Shown here: one piece after another, positions 46,755 to 55,737 of the stretch
How positions within the stretch are numbered: the stretch's first letter is position 1
Layout of the letters: every line of letters begins with the position of its first letter
Origin: an uncultured Bacillota bacterium
GTDB taxonomy: Bacteria > Bacillota_I > Bacilli_A > ML615J-28 > CAG-313
DNA: 55,737 bases
Assembly (NCBI GenBank): GCA_946611195.1
Contig: CAMODB010000005.1
Span: 1-55,737 of the forward strand
Direction of reading: 5' to 3'
Notes under the pieces: generated by a model
Seen by the model: the letters and a program-made list of their open reading frames with translations, nothing else
What the model was told of the DNA's origin: nothing
The model's database searches: none
Program-made: the position numbers and the translations under genes

Positions 46755-47542
46755 AAATTAGTTTCCATTTCTTTAACTTCCTTAACAATTCTTTTATAAG
46801 ATAATTGGTTATCTATAATGATTTTTAAGATTTCATCACCATATTTTTTAACCATTTTATCAGCACCATCAATTATATCTAACCGATTATAATAATATCT
46901 AGTTTGATTAAAGAGGTTAATAATATTAATCCATTTTTGTTTTAAACCAATGATATATTCTTTATTAAGATTAGGATTTAAATCTTTAGTAGTATTAAAA
47001 TGAATAATTCTTCTGAGTGTATTATCTTTCTTTTGATGTCTATTATCTTTCTTTTTCCATTCATCTAAGAGTTTTAAAGCTGTTTCATAATCTTTTTTAT
47101 TAATATAATAACAAACCTTTATTTCATAATAATAATTAAAAGCAATTCTATTAAATGGCATTTTTATATCTTTTAAGATTTCATAAGCTTCATCTAAATC
47201 TTCTAGATATAATGTATTTACTTTATGTAACATTACAAAACTTCTTGTATCATCACCAATACGATCTTCTTTTAATATTTCATCTAAAGAAGCAATATAT
47301 TGCAGAGTATCACCAGTTTTTGATAATTTAAAATTAAGACGTACTAATGGATCAATAACAATCAAAGTTAAAGAGCCTAATAATAAGAGAATTGATAATA
47401 ATAAAATGAAAATACCAACGTTAATAATTTTTAAACCAAATAATACACCTATTACAAAAGCTAAAATAAAATAGATTGTAGTTATAATAATTCTATTTAT
47501 TTGATGGCGTTTACCGTAAATACCATATTTATATTTTTTCAT
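46745..47542 (-). CDS. Hypothetical membrane protein (2 TM plus helical cytoplasmic domain)
   Basis: Two hydrophobic segments in aa 17-65. ATGA overlap with rluA. Confidence 0.6.
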   Translation of the reverse strand: MKKYKYGIYGKRHQINRIIITTIYFILAFVIGVLFGLKIINVGIFILLLSILLLLGSLTLIVIDPLVRLNFKLSKTGDTLQYIASLDEILKEDRIGDDTRSFVMLHKVNTLYLEDLDEAYEILKDIKMPFNRIAFNYYYEIKVCYYINKKDYETALKLLDEWKKKDNRHQKKDNTLRRIIHFNTTKDLNPNLNKEYIIGLKQKWINIINLFNQTRYYYNRLDIIDGADKMVKKYGDEILKIIIDNQLSYKRIVKEVKEMETNLDI

Positions 47543-48495
47543 TTTGCCTCCAATAATTTATAAAATTCATGAGGAATTTTTGTGCTAAAAGTTAAATAAG
47601 TACCTTTAATAGGATGTTTGATTTTTAATTTTGACGCATGTAAACATAATCTATTAATAGGATTATCAGCTTCACCATATTTATCATCACCAAGAATAGG
47701 ATGTTTTAAATCACTAAATGTTACTCTGATTTGATTCTTTTTACCAGTTTCGATTAAGCATTTAACTAAAGAATATTTTTTATTTTCTTTGATTACTTCA
47801 TAATTAGTTATTGCTTTTTCACCAAGTTTTTCATTATGCGTATCATACATTAAATTATTTTGATCTTTTTTTAGATATTTTATTATTCGGTCTTGTTTTT
47901 TATCAAGTTTACCTTCAATCACCGCATAATATTCTCTTATTTTAACTAAAGTATTCCAATTTTTAATTAGAAGGTTTTTTAATTCTAATGTTTTAACAAA
48001 GATTAAAACTCCTGATGTTAATTTATCAAGGCGATGTACTTGAAAACAACGATTATGTTTATCTTTAGCCATTAAATATTTTAAAGCTTCTTGATAAGCT
48101 GTTTTACTTTTTTCATTATCTGATTCAATAGAAAGTAATCCTGCTGGTTTATTAATAACTAAGAATTCATCATCTTCATATATTATATCTAATTTAGAAT
48201 TTTCTTTATGTTTGGTTTCTTTTGTCTTTACTACTTCTTGATTAAGGATTGGTCTTTTACTGATATAGACTAAATCTTTTTTAACCAAAGGGTAATCAAA
48301 TTGGGTAACTAAAAGTCCATTTACAAGAACGCATTTGGAAGAAAGAATCTTTTTAACGTTATTTCTTGATTCTTTATTTAAGGTTTTAAGAAGAAAATCA
48401 AGTAAATTGATTTCATCATTTACTTGATATGTTTTTAATTCTTTTATAAATTGGGCTTGTCTTTTCTTTTCTTTATAATCAAGATTATCTTTCAT
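47539..48495 (-). CDS. RluA/RluD family pseudouridine synthase
   Basis: S4-like N-terminus, INKPAGL, HRLDKLTSG, ETGKKNQIR, HPILGD.KYG, LCLHA. Confidence 0.95.
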   Translation of the reverse strand: MKDNLDYKEKKRQAQFIKELKTYQVNDEINLLDFLLKTLNKESRNNVKKILSSKCVLVNGLLVTQFDYPLVKKDLVYISKRPILNQEVVKTKETKHKENSKLDIIYEDDEFLVINKPAGLLSIESDNEKSKTAYQEALKYLMAKDKHNRCFQVHRLDKLTSGVLIFVKTLELKNLLIKNWNTLVKIREYYAVIEGKLDKKQDRIIKYLKKDQNNLMYDTHNEKLGEKAITNYEVIKENKKYSLVKCLIETGKKNQIRVTFSDLKHPILGDDKYGEADNPINRLCLHASKLKIKHPIKGTYLTFSTKIPHEFYKLLEAK

Positions 48496-48496
48496 A

Positions 48497-49783
48497 TTAT
48501 TTCTTTGGCGTAAGTTTAGTCATGCCACCCATATATGGTTGAAGAACTTTAGGAATTAAAACAGACCCATCTTCTTGATAATTATTTTCAAGGAAAGCTA
48601 TTAAACCACGAGGTGAAGCTAAAACAGTATTATTTAAAGTATGTGTTAGATATGTACCATTTTCACCTTTAGTTCTAATAGATAAACGTCTTGCTTGCGC
48701 ATCACCAAGGGTTGAACAAGAACCTACTTCAAAATATTTCTTTTGTCTTGGACTCCAAGCTTCAACATCACAACTCTTTACTTTAAGATCGGCTAAATCA
48801 CCACTACAGCATTCTAAAGTTCTTACTGGTATATCAAGACTACGGAAGAATTCTACAGTATAACTCCACATTTTATTGTACCAAGTAAAAGAATCTTCTG
48901 GTTTACAAATGACCACCATTTCTTGTTTTTCGAATTGATGAACACGGTATAAACCTCTTTCTTCTAAACCATGAGCACCTACTTCTTTTCTAAAACATGG
49001 TGAATAAGAAGTTAGAGTTAAAGGTAAATCTTCTTCTTTGATGATTTGTCCTTTGAACTTACCAATCATGGAATGTTCAGATGTACCGATTAAGAATAAA
49101 TCTTCATTTTCAATCTTATACATCATAGCACCCATTTCTTCAAAGCTCATTACGCCATTAACGACATCCGAATGAATCATAAAAGGAGGAATACAATAAG
49201 TGAAGCCTTTATTGATCATAAAGTCTCTGGCGTAAGATAACATTGCGGAATGAAGTCTCGCAATATCACCCATTAAATAATAGAAACCATTACCACTAGT
49301 ACGGCCACTTGATTCTTTATCTAAGCCATTAAAGCGGTCAATGATATCCGCATGATAAGGGATTTCATAATTTGGTACTACTGGTTCACCAAATCTTTCG
49401 ATTTCTTTATTTTCTGTATCATCTTTACCAATTGGTACACTCTTATCAATAATATTAGGAATAACTAACATTTTTTCTCTTAATTTAATTGATAATTCTT
49501 CTTCTTCTTTTTCAATTTCTGGTAATTTTTCGTTGATGTTTTTAACTTCTTCTTTTAATTTTTCGGCATCATTTATTCTTTTTTCTCTCATACATAAGCC
49601 AATTTCTTTGCTGGCTTCATTCTTACGAGTACGAAGGGTATCACCTTCTGCTTTTAAGCTTCTGATTCTTTTATCAAGTTCAATTACTTCATCAACTAAA
49701 ACTAATTTATGATCCTGGAATTTATTACGAATATTTTGTTTTACTATTTCCGGATTTTCTCTTACAAATTTAATATCTAACAT
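48497..49783 (-). CDS. serS: Serine--tRNA ligase
   Basis: MLDIKFVREN, coiled-coil arm, GTSE, FRKE, RVHQFEKQEM, HTLNNT. Confidence 0.97.
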   Translation of the reverse strand: MLDIKFVRENPEIVKQNIRNKFQDHKLVLVDEVIELDKRIRSLKAEGDTLRTRKNEASKEIGLCMREKRINDAEKLKEEVKNINEKLPEIEKEEEELSIKLREKMLVIPNIIDKSVPIGKDDTENKEIERFGEPVVPNYEIPYHADIIDRFNGLDKESSGRTSGNGFYYLMGDIARLHSAMLSYARDFMINKGFTYCIPPFMIHSDVVNGVMSFEEMGAMMYKIENEDLFLIGTSEHSMIGKFKGQIIKEEDLPLTLTSYSPCFRKEVGAHGLEERGLYRVHQFEKQEMVVICKPEDSFTWYNKMWSYTVEFFRSLDIPVRTLECCSGDLADLKVKSCDVEAWSPRQKKYFEVGSCSTLGDAQARRLSIRTKGENGTYLTHTLNNTVLASPRGLIAFLENNYQEDGSVLIPKVLQPYMGGMTKLTPKK

Positions 49784-49799
49784 AATTTATTTCTCTTTT

Positions 49800-50852
49800 C
49801 TATATTAATTTAACAAAGAGGGCGGTTTCTTTTTTACCTTGATATTCCGTTGTAACGATATATTCAATTCCTCTTACCGCACCAGGTAATTTATCAATAC
49901 TACCATTTTCATTAACATATTCACATTTCGTTTCTATACTTAATTTATAGCCATCAGATAGATATGAATCAACGATAGCTTCAACATCAATTAAGTGTAA
50001 AAAATAATCCCATAATTCATTTTCTCTTAAAGTTTGCGGACAATTCTTTCCACTAAAGAAATGATGTTGTTTAATATCGGACATTAATAATTTATTTTCT
50101 TTTAAAAGTTTTACGACAAGTTTTGCACAACGAGCAAGATTTACAAAGAGGTTTTCGCCTTTTGCCATACTAATTTCAATACCGATAGAATTATTATTGC
50201 CACCACGATTACAGATCTTTTGATATGTTTCGTTATAATATACTTCACCAAGTAAATAATTATTTTCTCCTTTAACTAAAGTTAAGCCTTGATCATTGAT
50301 ATCATCTTTAGTTAAGATTTTGTCATTTTCTCCTCTCGGAGCCATAATATTAGATTTAATACCGCCAATAGAAAAATAGCCATCAGTAGTAATATCAATA
50401 TCATGATGATGATGAATACCTACTCCTGTATCATATAAATTATAACTAACCTTTGTCGAATCACCAGCATGCCAAGCTATTTCATTATCCGGTATCATAT
50501 GATAAATACCTTCATTACCAACTACATATTGATAACTACACGCATATTTTTGATTAGTTTCTTTAATGAATTCATTGTATACCGCATCAGCCCAGAATTT
50601 TGAACCATGACCAGGAAGAGTATCACCTGTATCATGAATGGTAATATATTTTTTTTCTTCTATTTTTCCTGGACGATTTTCATTAGTTTCTTTAGCTATT
50701 TTATTTTTGATATTAAGTGATTCAAATAGATAAGGCGTTAAACCTTCGACAAAGTTATAATTATAACTTTTCTTATAGCCATAAACACGAATTTTTTTCT
50801 TAAAATAATCAAGATCATTTAATTCATTAAAATATTCCAATAACTCATTCAT
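49800..50852 (-). CDS. N-acetylmuramoyl-L-alanine amidase (Amidase_2 family), no signal peptide
   Basis: ITIHDT, IAWHAGD, NNNSIGIEI, QHHFFSGKNCP Zn-ligand motifs, with an insertion after HAGD. Confidence 0.88.
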   Translation of the reverse strand: MNELLEYFNELNDLDYFKKKIRVYGYKKSYNYNFVEGLTPYLFESLNIKNKIAKETNENRPGKIEEKKYITIHDTGDTLPGHGSKFWADAVYNEFIKETNQKYACSYQYVVGNEGIYHMIPDNEIAWHAGDSTKVSYNLYDTGVGIHHHHDIDITTDGYFSIGGIKSNIMAPRGENDKILTKDDINDQGLTLVKGENNYLLGEVYYNETYQKICNRGGNNNSIGIEISMAKGENLFVNLARCAKLVVKLLKENKLLMSDIKQHHFFSGKNCPQTLRENELWDYFLHLIDVEAIVDSYLSDGYKLSIETKCEYVNENGSIDKLPGAVRGIEYIVTTEYQGKKETALFVKLI

Positions 50853-50870
50853 TTCTCAAATCTCCTTTTC

Positions 50871-51416
50871 TTATTTTTGATAGATTTCTTCTTTAAGAAC
50901 TCCAATATAAGGAAGATTACGGTATTGTTCATTATAATCAAGACCAAAGCCGACTACAAATTCATTAGGAATTAAAAAGCCCGTAAAGTCTGGATCTATA
51001 TCACAAACCCGCATTTCTTTTTTATCAAGTAGGGCGACAATCTTAACGCTTTTTACATGATAAACAGTTTTTAATAATTCTTTTACTATATATAAAGTTC
51101 GACCAGTATCGATAATATCTTCAACAACTAAAACATGACGGTTCTTAAGATCAAGGGTTGGTTTGATTTGAATTTGTACTTCACCACTTGATTTAGTTCC
51201 TACATAGCTTGATGGTTTCATATAATCAAATTCTAAAGGAAAATCTAATCTTTTACTTAGTTCACTTGTAAAGGGAACACTGCCTTTAAGTAAAGATAGA
51301 ATTATCGGATTTTTATCATTATATTCATTGGTTAAGGAAACAGCTAATTCATTAATTCTTTGATTCAAATCATTCTCGTTAATTAAGATTTTTTTAATAT
51401 CATTACTGATCTTCAT
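50871..51416 (-). CDS. hpt: Hypoxanthine phosphoribosyltransferase
   Basis: LLKGSV.F, VLVVEDIIDTGRTL, FVVGFGLDY..YRNLPYI. Confidence 0.96.
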   Translation of the reverse strand: MKISNDIKKILINENDLNQRINELAVSLTNEYNDKNPIILSLLKGSVPFTSELSKRLDFPLEFDYMKPSSYVGTKSSGEVQIQIKPTLDLKNRHVLVVEDIIDTGRTLYIVKELLKTVYHVKSVKIVALLDKKEMRVCDIDPDFTGFLIPNEFVVGFGLDYNEQYRNLPYIGVLKEEIYQK

Positions 51417-51431
51417 GAACTTTTTCCTTTC

Positions 51432-52871
51432 TTATTTATTTATTCTATTTAAGATTTCGCGAGCTATTTTAACCCCATTAGCTCCGGCTTGAGCAAGACC
51501 ACGCGTAATACCAGCTCCATCACCACCTACGAAAAGATTCTTGATAGTTGTTTCAAAATTCTTATCAACCATTGGACGATCAGAATAGAATTTAGCTTCG
51601 ACCCCATAGAAAAGGGTATGGTCGCTTGCGATACCAGGAGAGACATAATTTAAAGCTTCAATCATTTCAATTAAAGATAACATGAAATTATAAGGAAGTA
51701 CTAAGCCCAAGTCTCCGGGAACTGCTTCTTTTAAAGTTGGTTTTACAAAGCCTTCTTGAATTCGTTTTTGGGTACTACGACGGCCTTTTTTAATATCACC
51801 ATATTTTTGAACAATTACGCCTCCACCAGCTAATTTATTAGCTAGTGATCCTATTTCATAGGCATAAGCATTGGGATCATTAAATGGTTGATCAAATTCT
51901 TGGGAAACAAGGAGCGCAAAATTAGTATTATCTGATCCTAAACGTGAATCATTAAAAGAATGACCATTACATAAAGTAACACCATGATGATTTTCAACAA
52001 CGACATGTCCACTAGGATTAGAACAGAAAGTTCTAACAACGGTACCAACTGATGTTGTATAGATGAATTTACCTTCATAAAGATTCTTATTGATTTCATC
52101 CATAACGATATTATTGGTTTCCACTCTTACTCCTAAATCAACACGATTGCCAGTAAATTTAACATCATATTTCTTTAGTGTTTCCGTTAACCATTCACTA
52201 CCATTACGACCAACACCAAGAAGGACATAATCACCATAATAGACTTCACCATTTTTAATTTTAACACCTTTGACTTGATTATTTTCAATAATTAAATCTT
52301 CTACTTCACTGGTGAATAAATAATCAACATTACTCTTTAATTCTTCATAGATTGACGCAAGAACTTTTAAATTGATTTCGGTACCTAAATGACGAACATG
52401 GCTACGTAAAAGCTTTAGTCCCACCGCAATACCTTTCTTTTCAATTTCATATACTTCTTTCGTATTGGGATCAGTTATTTCTTGTGGGGCTCCATGTTTT
52501 AAATTAATAGAGTCCACATATTTGATAAGTTCAATTACTTCTTCTTCATCAAGATAATCAGTCATCCAACCACCAAATTCACTAGTGATATTGAATTTAC
52601 CATCGGAATAAGCTCCACTACCACCAAAGCCAGTAGTCATAGCGCAGGATGGTTTACAGCCAACATAACCATTTTTATCGACTGGACATTTTTCAATTTT
52701 CTTTTCCAGAATTGGACAACGACGATTGTAAATATCTTTACCTTTATCAATCAATAATAATTTTAGATTAGGGTTTTTATGTGCAAGTTCGTAAGCGGCA
52801 TAAATACCAGTTGGACCAGCCCCTACTAAAATACAATCATATTTAATATTCACTTTTAAATACTCCCTCAC
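51432..52871 (-). CDS. FAD-dependent oxidoreductase (uncharacterised dehydrogenase family). Real start possibly GTG 52853
   Basis: VGAGPTG, GFGGSGAYSDGK, RHLGT, GVRVE, RTFCSNP, GDGAGITRG. Confidence 0.85.
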   Translation of the reverse strand: MREYLKVNIKYDCILVGAGPTGIYAAYELAHKNPNLKLLLIDKGKDIYNRRCPILEKKIEKCPVDKNGYVGCKPSCAMTTGFGGSGAYSDGKFNITSEFGGWMTDYLDEEEVIELIKYVDSINLKHGAPQEITDPNTKEVYEIEKKGIAVGLKLLRSHVRHLGTEINLKVLASIYEELKSNVDYLFTSEVEDLIIENNQVKGVKIKNGEVYYGDYVLLGVGRNGSEWLTETLKKYDVKFTGNRVDLGVRVETNNIVMDEINKNLYEGKFIYTTSVGTVVRTFCSNPSGHVVVENHHGVTLCNGHSFNDSRLGSDNTNFALLVSQEFDQPFNDPNAYAYEIGSLANKLAGGGVIVQKYGDIKKGRRSTQKRIQEGFVKPTLKEAVPGDLGLVLPYNFMLSLIEMIEALNYVSPGIASDHTLFYGVEAKFYSDRPMVDKNFETTIKNLFVGGDGAGITRGLAQAGANGVKIAREILNRINK

Positions 52872-54155
52872 TTATTTAAAATAGTCTTTTAACACAAATG
52901 TTGATTTACGATCAGCACCAACAGAAACGATACCAACTTCAACCCCACAAATTTCGGAAATCTTTTTAACATAGTTTTTCGCATTAAGTGGTAATTCATC
53001 AAAGGATTGACATTTAGTTATATCTTCACTCCAACCAGGTAGAGTTATATAATTAGGTTGACATCTTTCCCATTCACTACTACGGGCTGGAAGTTCAAAG
53101 ATTTCTTTACCATCAAGATTATAAGATGTACAAATCTTTAATTCTTTAATACCAGTTAAAATATCAAGTAACATAATTGATAAGCTAGTTAAGCCATTAA
53201 TCATACAAGAATATCTTAAGATTACGCCATCTAACCAGCCAATACGACGAGGTCGTTTGGTTGTTACTCCATATTCATGAGCAGTTTCACGGATATAATG
53301 ACTAATTTCATCTTCAAATTCCGTTGGGAAAGCGCCACTACCAACTCTTGTTGAATAAGCTTTAACAACTCCTACGATCTCCCCAATCTTAGTTGGACCA
53401 ATACCACTACCATTTGATACACCACTACCAGTAGTATTTGAACTAGTTACAAATGGATAAGTACCAAAATCAACATCAAGTAAAGCTCCTTGTGCTCCTT
53501 CAAATAGTATCTTTTTACCTTTTTGATATTCACTATTTAAATAATAAATAGTATCGATAACAAAGGGACGAACGATATCAGCTAATTCTTTGTATTCTTT
53601 TACTGATTTTTCAACATCGATTGCTTCACCACCAAGACGAAGAATTTCTTTATTTTTAAGTTCTAATTTATCACGATAAATAGTTTCAAAATCACTAGAT
53701 ACAAAATCAGCTACTCTTATACCACGACGTGCTACTTTATCAGTATAAGTTGGACCAATACCTTTTTTAGTAGTACCAATTTTATTTTTACCTAATTCTT
53801 CTTCATATAATCCATCAAGTACAAGATTATAATCGAATATTACATGAGCACGATTAGAGATATATAAATTAGTTATTTCAAAACCTTTTTCTCTTAATTC
53901 TTTGATTTCTTTCACAAAGCTTTTTGGATTAAAAACAACACCATTTCCTAAAACATTCATTCTTTTTTTATCAAAGATGCCGCTGGGAATAATATGTAAA
54001 GCATATCTGTTACCATCGAATTCAATAGAGTGACCTGCATTGTCACCTCCTTGATAACGGACAACAATGTCTGCATTTTGACTTAGGTAATCGGTAACTT
54101 TACCTTTACCTTCATCACCCCATTGGGTACCTACAACTACTACTGCTTTTGTCAT
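52872..54155 (-). CDS. purA: Adenylosuccinate synthase
   Basis: GTQWGDEGKGK, QGGDNAGH, IGTTKKGIGP, EGAQG, TTKRPRRIGWLD. Confidence 0.98.
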   Translation of the reverse strand: MTKAVVVVGTQWGDEGKGKVTDYLSQNADIVVRYQGGDNAGHSIEFDGNRYALHIIPSGIFDKKRMNVLGNGVVFNPKSFVKEIKELREKGFEITNLYISNRAHVIFDYNLVLDGLYEEELGKNKIGTTKKGIGPTYTDKVARRGIRVADFVSSDFETIYRDKLELKNKEILRLGGEAIDVEKSVKEYKELADIVRPFVIDTIYYLNSEYQKGKKILFEGAQGALLDVDFGTYPFVTSSNTTGSGVSNGSGIGPTKIGEIVGVVKAYSTRVGSGAFPTEFEDEISHYIRETAHEYGVTTKRPRRIGWLDGVILRYSCMINGLTSLSIMLLDILTGIKELKICTSYNLDGKEIFELPARSSEWERCQPNYITLPGWSEDITKCQSFDELPLNAKNYVKKISEICGVEVGIVSVGADRKSTFVLKDYFK

Positions 54156-54164
54156 ATTATCCTC

Positions 54165-55457
54165 CTATAAAGCAAGACGTTTATATATAACGTCGATATT
54201 TTTCATATAATAATCTATTGTAAAACATTCTTCAATTTCGTTTTCTGTTAAATATTTTCTAATATCAATTGAATCAAGAAGTAAAGTCTTAAAATTAATT
54301 TGTTCATTATAAGCTTTAAATGTTAATTCTTGAATTAAATCATAAGCTACTTCTCTTGAATTTACTTTCTTTAAAAGTTTATTTAAAACCCGTCCTGAAA
54401 AGATAATTCCTTTGGTTAAATAAATATTATCCAACATTTTCTTTTCATTAACAACTAAAGTTGATAATACTTTTTCATAACGATTTAACATATAATCAAC
54501 TAAGGTTGCAGAATCAGCTAAAATAATTCTTTCACTTGATGAATGAGAAATATCTCTTTCATGCCATAAAGCATTATTATCAAAGGCGACATTAACATAA
54601 GCTTTAACTACACGAGAAAGGCCACAAATATTTTCGCTTGAAATGGGATTTTTCTTATGAGGCATTGCGGAAGAACCTTTTTGACCTGGTGTAAAAGCTT
54701 CTTGAACTTCTGCTATTTCGGTTCTCGAAAGTGATCTAATTTCGGTTGCGATAAGATTTAGAGTATTAGCTATTTGGGCTAAAGAATAGATATATTCAAT
54801 ATGTAAATCTCTTGGTAGGACTTGAGTCGATATTAAACAAACATCAAGGCCTAATTCTTGACAGACAAATTCTTCGACTTTACTATCCGTGTTCGCAAAA
54901 TTACCAACTGCTCCACTTAATTTACCTACTTCTATTCTTTTGCGGGCAGCTATAAAACGTTCTTTATTTCTTAACATTTCCGCATAGAATTTAGCTATTT
55001 TTAAACCAAAGCTAGTTATTTCCGCATGGATACCATGAGTACGTCCAATACAAGGTGTGTATTTATATTTAAGAGCTAAATCTTTTAAGACTTTAATAAA
55101 ATTATCTAAATCTTTTTCAATTACTTCATTAGCTTCTTTTAAAGTTAAACTTTGGGCCGTATCTACAACATCAGTACTAGTTAGACCATAATGAATCCAT
55201 TTCTTTTCTTCACCCAATGATTCCGATAAACAACGTGTAAAAGCAATCACATCATGTTTAGTAATTTCTTCGATTTCATGAATGCGGGAAAGTGTGAATG
55301 TAGCATTATTTTTTATTTTTAAATAATCTTCTTCTGGTATTTCCTTTATTGTTGTATAGTAATGCACAACCGCAATTTCTACTTTCAACATATTTTCATA
55401 TTTATGTTGTTCACTAAAGAGATCTTTCATTATTTTTCTTTCATAACGGGAAATCAA
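54165..55457 (-). CDS. purB: Adenylosuccinate lyase
   Basis: TKHDVIAF, GRTHGIHAE, GSSAMPHKKNPISSENICGL, WHERDISHSS. TTG start with GAGGTG SD. Confidence 0.97.
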   Translation of the reverse strand: MISRYERKIMKDLFSEQHKYENMLKVEIAVVHYYTTIKEIPEEDYLKIKNNATFTLSRIHEIEEITKHDVIAFTRCLSESLGEEKKWIHYGLTSTDVVDTAQSLTLKEANEVIEKDLDNFIKVLKDLALKYKYTPCIGRTHGIHAEITSFGLKIAKFYAEMLRNKERFIAARKRIEVGKLSGAVGNFANTDSKVEEFVCQELGLDVCLISTQVLPRDLHIEYIYSLAQIANTLNLIATEIRSLSRTEIAEVQEAFTPGQKGSSAMPHKKNPISSENICGLSRVVKAYVNVAFDNNALWHERDISHSSSERIILADSATLVDYMLNRYEKVLSTLVVNEKKMLDNIYLTKGIIFSGRVLNKLLKKVNSREVAYDLIQELTFKAYNEQINFKTLLLDSIDIRKYLTENEIEECFTIDYYMKNIDVIYKRLAL

Positions 55458-55524
55458 AAAACATCACCTCATTTTACATAATATTATACCACAATTCAAT
55501 TTAAAAAAGATAATAAATGAAAAA

Positions 55525-55552
55525 AGTTGTAAAAGCCTTCTCTTTTACAACT
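55525..55552 (-). terminator. Terminator upstream of the purB promoter
   Basis: agttgtaaaag / cttttacaact stem. Confidence 0.7.
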
Positions 55553-55568
55553 ATATTAATTTAAATAT

Positions 55569-55736
55569 TTAGATAAAGTTTTTTAAATAATTATAATTTA
55601 TTAAATTTAAGAATAAACTTATTAGAATTGATATCGGGAATAAAATAAAAGATAAAAGAATTAAAATTATTAATAATATTTTATTATCACCTTTTATTTT
55701 GATTCTTAGATACATATCAAATTGATAAATGAGATA
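55569..55736 (-). CDS. Partial C-terminus of a membrane protein (runs off window)
   Basis: Open frame YLIYQFDMYLRIKIKGDNKILLIILILLSFILFPISILISLFLNLINYNYLKNFI* ending before a terminator. Confidence 0.5.
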   Translation of the reverse strand, partial: YLIYQFDMYLRIKIKGDNKILLIILILLSFILFPISILISLFLNLINYNYLKNFI

Positions 55737-55737
55737 A

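Noticed and set aside
49800-50852. Prophage lysis module
   Set aside because: No holin, structural, integrase or att features nearby, and the flanks are housekeeping genes.
1-55737. tRNA, rRNA, IS elements
   Set aside because: No cloverleaf or T-loop motifs in intergenic regions, no GC-rich rRNA-like tract, and no transposase ORF or terminal inverted repeats seen.

Overview
Very AT-rich bacterial chromosome segment, standard code 11 (TGA used as stop), almost all genes on the minus strand. Gene content suggests an anaerobic Acholeplasmatales/Anaeroplasma-like gut Bacilli-Mollicutes lineage (inference). It is mostly housekeeping and metabolism: hflX, dusB, tadA, tdk, gap, serS, rluA, hpt, purA/purB, NCS2 nucleobase permeases, ABC/MATE/CDF transporters, a trimeric HydABC-type [FeFe]-hydrogenase operon and an OhrR-gpx-trxA-trxB operon. 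Non-coding elements found by eye are an SRP RNA with a non-GNRA tetraloop, a variant guanine-type riboswitch and several operator palindromes. No tRNA, rRNA, CRISPR array, IS or prophage was seen. The most interesting candidates are: (1) a phased 33-bp tandem repeat array running in register into the promoter/RBS of an AAA-DUF4143 ATPase-nuclease gene; (2) a tight operon joining a degenerate DUF4011 helicase-nuclease, an ankyrin protein, diadenylate cyclase CdaA and an output-less membrane PAS protein; (3) an unannotated 35-aa leader ORF that stops inside a terminator upstream of the uracil permease, resembling pyrBI-type attenuation; (4) two putative peptidoglycan hydrolases in a probably wall-less host.
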